NCBI GenBank assembly: GCA_963575745.1
Contig: CAUYUJ010000284.1
Span: forward strand, 62,001 to 115,872
DNA from: Prorocentrum cordatum
Lineage: Eukaryota
Reading direction: 5' to 3'
Length of the DNA: 53,872 nucleotides
Position numbers and translations under genes: made by a program. Below the pieces are notes generated by a model that had not been told where the DNA came from, did not search any database, and saw only the letters and a list, made by a program, of their open reading frames with translations. This document shows positions 50,356-53,872 of this stretch, piece after piece. Numbering within the stretch: position 1 is the first letter of the stretch; the number at the start of each line of letters is the position of its first letter.

Positions 50356-50461
50356 GGTCGGGCATGTCCCCCAAAAATGCTCAAAAATATACGTAAAATA
50401 GTCCCCAGACTATTTTTGCAATATTTTTGAATATTCCTCCTGTAGAGGGACAGGCCCGACT
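50356..50461 (+). mobile_element. Family A MITE (internally deleted)
   Basis: GGTCGGGCATGTCCC ... CCTGTAGAGGGACAGGCCCGACT, with TTA and TCA flanks. Confidence 0.8.
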
Positions 50462-50701
50462 TCAGGCTGAGGGCTTGAACCAAGGGAGGGCCCCCGCCCC
50501 CTGTTCAAAGGGGGGGGGGTCGAACCGGGGGAGGGGCGCCCCCCCCCCTCCTGAGTTGCCAGGGGGGGGGGTTCGAACCTAGGGGGTGCCGCCCCCCCCC
50601 CTGAACTGCAGGGGGGGGGTTCGAACTGGGCCCCCCCTCCCCCCCCCCCCTGTGCACGTCGTCGTCGCCGTCGCCGCGGTCGTCCCCGTCCACGTCGCTG
50701 C

Positions 50702-50732
<31 letters not shown>

Positions 50733-50764
50733 ATCGTCATCGCTGCCGGACGGCGCCGGCGCCA

Positions 50765-50798
<34 letters not shown>

Positions 50799-51023
50799 TG
50801 TCCGACGCCGCCTGCGCCAGCGCCAGCGCTCGCCGTCGTCGGTTGCAGAAAGAGGGCCCTTTCCCTGTTCGAACCCCCCCCTGCAACTCAGGATAGGGGG
50901 GAAGGGGACCCTGTGCGCGTCGTCGTCGTCATTGCCGTCGCCGTCGCCGTCGACGTCGCCGCCGTCGCCGTCGCCATCGCCATCGCCGTCGCCGTCGCCA
51001 TCGCCGTCGCCGTCGCCGTCGCC

Positions 51024-51104
<81 letters not shown>

Positions 51105-52379
51105 GTCGCTGTCCGACGGCGCCAGCGCCTGCGCCAGCGCCAAGGGGGGGGCCTCCCAGTTCGAACCCTCCCCTGCAGCTCAGGGGGGGCCCTCGTGTGA
51201 GCGTCGTCGTCGCCGTCGCCGTCGCCGTCGTCGTCGTCGTCGCTGCCCGACGGCGCCAGCGCCGGCGTCGTCGTCGTCGACGACGTCGTCGTCGACGTCG
51301 TCGTCGTCGCTTCCCGTCGGCGACGGCGCCAGCGCCAGAGCTCGCCGTTGTCGGTTGCACGGGGAGGCCATCCTCGCCGTCGCTGCCCGACCCTCCTGGT
51401 TCGAACCCCCCCTGCAGCTCGAGAGGGGGGCACCCTCCCGGTTCGAACCCCTCCCTCTTCTTGGACAGAGGGGGGGGTCCAACCCGGTTCGGACCCTACT
51501 CCCACTGGACAGAGGGGTGGGGCTGCCCCCCCCCGTTCGAAACCCCTCCCCCCCTTGGACAAGGGGGGGGGCCCACCCCGGTTCGAACTCCCCCCTCTCC
51601 TGCAACTCAGAGGGGGGGCGCACCCCGGATTCGAACCCCCCTTTCGTTCGAACCCCCCCCCTTCCCGGCGTCCACAGACGCGCTCTTTCAAACATGGAGG
51701 TCCCCTAACCTACAAAAGCCTTAGAGAAATCTATGATTTTGTCCCCTGGGGCATCTTGGAGGTCTAAGAGGGCGTCAAGGCAGCTCAAGATGGCCTCAGT
51801 ACGGGCAAAAACGGCCCCAAGACAGCCCAAGATGGCTCAAAAAGCCCCCAAGACGGCCAAAGAGGGCCCCAAGAGCACCCCCAAGAGCGCCCCCAGAAGC
51901 CAACAATCATTGATTTTCCGTATGTGTTTCATGGATTTTAGCGTTCTCGCCTTTTTCGACTCTCAATGGCCCGTGACGGTCCAAGCAGCCTCCAAGATGG
52001 CCCCAAAACGGCCCCAGAGACCCCCCAAAGGAGGCCCAAGACTGCCGAAGAGGGCCCCAACATGTCCCAAAGAAAATCCAAGACGGTCCAAAATGTCCCC
52101 AAGACGACCCAAGACGACCCAAGAGAGCCCCAAGGCGGCCAAGAAAAGCATCAAAAACAACTTCCAGAAAGGCCAGACGGCACATGAGCGCCCCAAGACT
52201 GCCCAAGAGGCCCCGAAGACGCCCATGGAAACTCCAAAGAGGCCCCAGAGAGGACCACTTCTGGCCCCCGAGAAGCCTCCAAGAGCTCCCGAGAGGTTCC
52301 CAGGAGGCCCCACAACGACTGAATTGTACGTGCTCCAGACGTGCACCCCGCGAAGCGAGAGGAATCCTGATCAATATCG

Positions 52380-53670
52380 CCACCATCCTCACCACCACCA
52401 TGACATTGATAATCGTCATCATCATCATCCGTCAGAAAACGCCATCAACATCATCAGAACCATCAGCATCATCAACATCACCCACATCCACATCCACATC
52501 GACATCATCATCAGCATCATCAGCAGCAGCATCACCAGCATCATCATAATCAGCGTCGTCGTCGACGTCGTCAACCTCCTCCTCCTCCTCATCATCATCA
52601 TCAGAATAATCATCGTCAGCAGCATCATAAACATCGTTATCATCATGAGTGTCATTATCGCAGTCGTCGTCGCCGTCGCCATCATTATCCTCCTCAACAG
52701 CTTAATTATCCTCATCGTCACAATCATAACGACCCTCATCCACAACCTCATCCCCATCACAAGCATCATCACCAGCATCACTAGCGGCAGCATGATGATC
52801 ATGATGTTGATGGTCATCATCATCACCATCATCCTCATCATCATACCCATTGTCACCCTCAACGTCCTCCGCATTGACAACCTCATGATCCTCATCCCAC
52901 TCTTGTACATCATCAGCATCGTCAGCATCAGTATCATCGTCAGCAGCATCATCACCGCCTTCAACCTCAGCCGCACCCTGAATATCCTCCACCTAAACAT
53001 CATCCCCATCATTACCCTCCCTGGCGTCATCGCAACAACTACGTATCATCATCCGCATCGTCGTCAGTGCTGGTATCATCATCAACAACACCATGATCAT
53101 CTGCATCATCAGCATCATCATCTCCATCATCACATCAGCATCATCATCATGCTCATCATCAGAATCGTCAATATTACCAACATCACGACCTCAACCAACA
53201 TCATCGTCATCATCATGACCACCACCATCACCACTACCGTCATCGGCATCGTCAGCCTCAGCATCCTCGTGGTCAACAGGATCCGCTGGGTATTCACAAT
53301 AACAACAACAAGGACAGCATCACCACCACCACCTTCATCGTCATCATCATCAGCTTCGTCTTCATCATCAGCATCATAGACGTCGTCGTGTTCATCAATA
53401 CCACTGCCATCATCACCGTCGTCGTCAACGTCGACGTCATCATCATCACCACAACATCCTCATCCTCGTCATCATCAGCAGCATAATCAGCATCATCAGC
53501 AGCAGCAGCTGCAACATCACTACCATCATCATCAGCATCATCATCACCATCACCACCACATCGCGACCACCATGGTGCTCATCCTCATCACCATCCTCAT
53601 CACTAGCATCATCATCATCAGCATCTCCATACTCCGCCTCCTCCGCCTCCTCCTCCTCCTCCTCCTGTTC
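52380..53670. repeat. Degenerate (CAT)n array
   Basis: Direct inspection. Confidence 0.9.
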
Positions 53671-53872
53671 CTCGTCCTCCTCCATTCGTTCCCCCTATGG
53701 ATAACTCCTCCCTGTCGCACCCCGAGGCAGGTCGAAAGCGCGGGCTGGGCGTTTCGCCCGAGACTTCCTCGCCAGTAATGACCATGATGCTTCAAAACTG
53801 ACAACAGCGTCACACATGGAGGGCGAATTATTTTCAAGATGTGGCTCTCGACTTCGCGCCGCGAACACTCGT

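Overview
A GC-rich, repeat-saturated eukaryotic window, most likely dinoflagellate nuclear DNA (Prorocentrum-like, by inference). The supporting signs are a relic of the dinoflagellate spliced leader about 70 nt upstream of a start codon, GC/GA/GT splice donors with AG|G acceptors, and genes all on one strand. Almost all long ORFs in the supplied track are artefacts of trinucleotide and minisatellite arrays. Reading by hand, two minus-strand multi-exon genes can be assembled. Gene A (about 15846->1003) encodes a coiled-coil protein of unknown function with a recurring (PD)HLR motif. Gene B (at least 37372->about 17242) is a chain of 22-76-nt micro-exons separated by 1.6-5.1-kb introns that join in frame. 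There is also a decayed non-LTR retrotransposon (zinc finger plus RNase H, about 46350-48010). The introns are mosaics of at least ten short terminal-inverted-repeat (MITE-like) families, nested in one another and mostly co-oriented. The most interesting pattern is that intron boundaries coincide with element termini and target-site duplications. One intron is a stack of three GT...AG segments separated by GAG|GT junctions, which suggests introner-built introns that may be spliced recursively. All splice models are manual inferences without RNA data.
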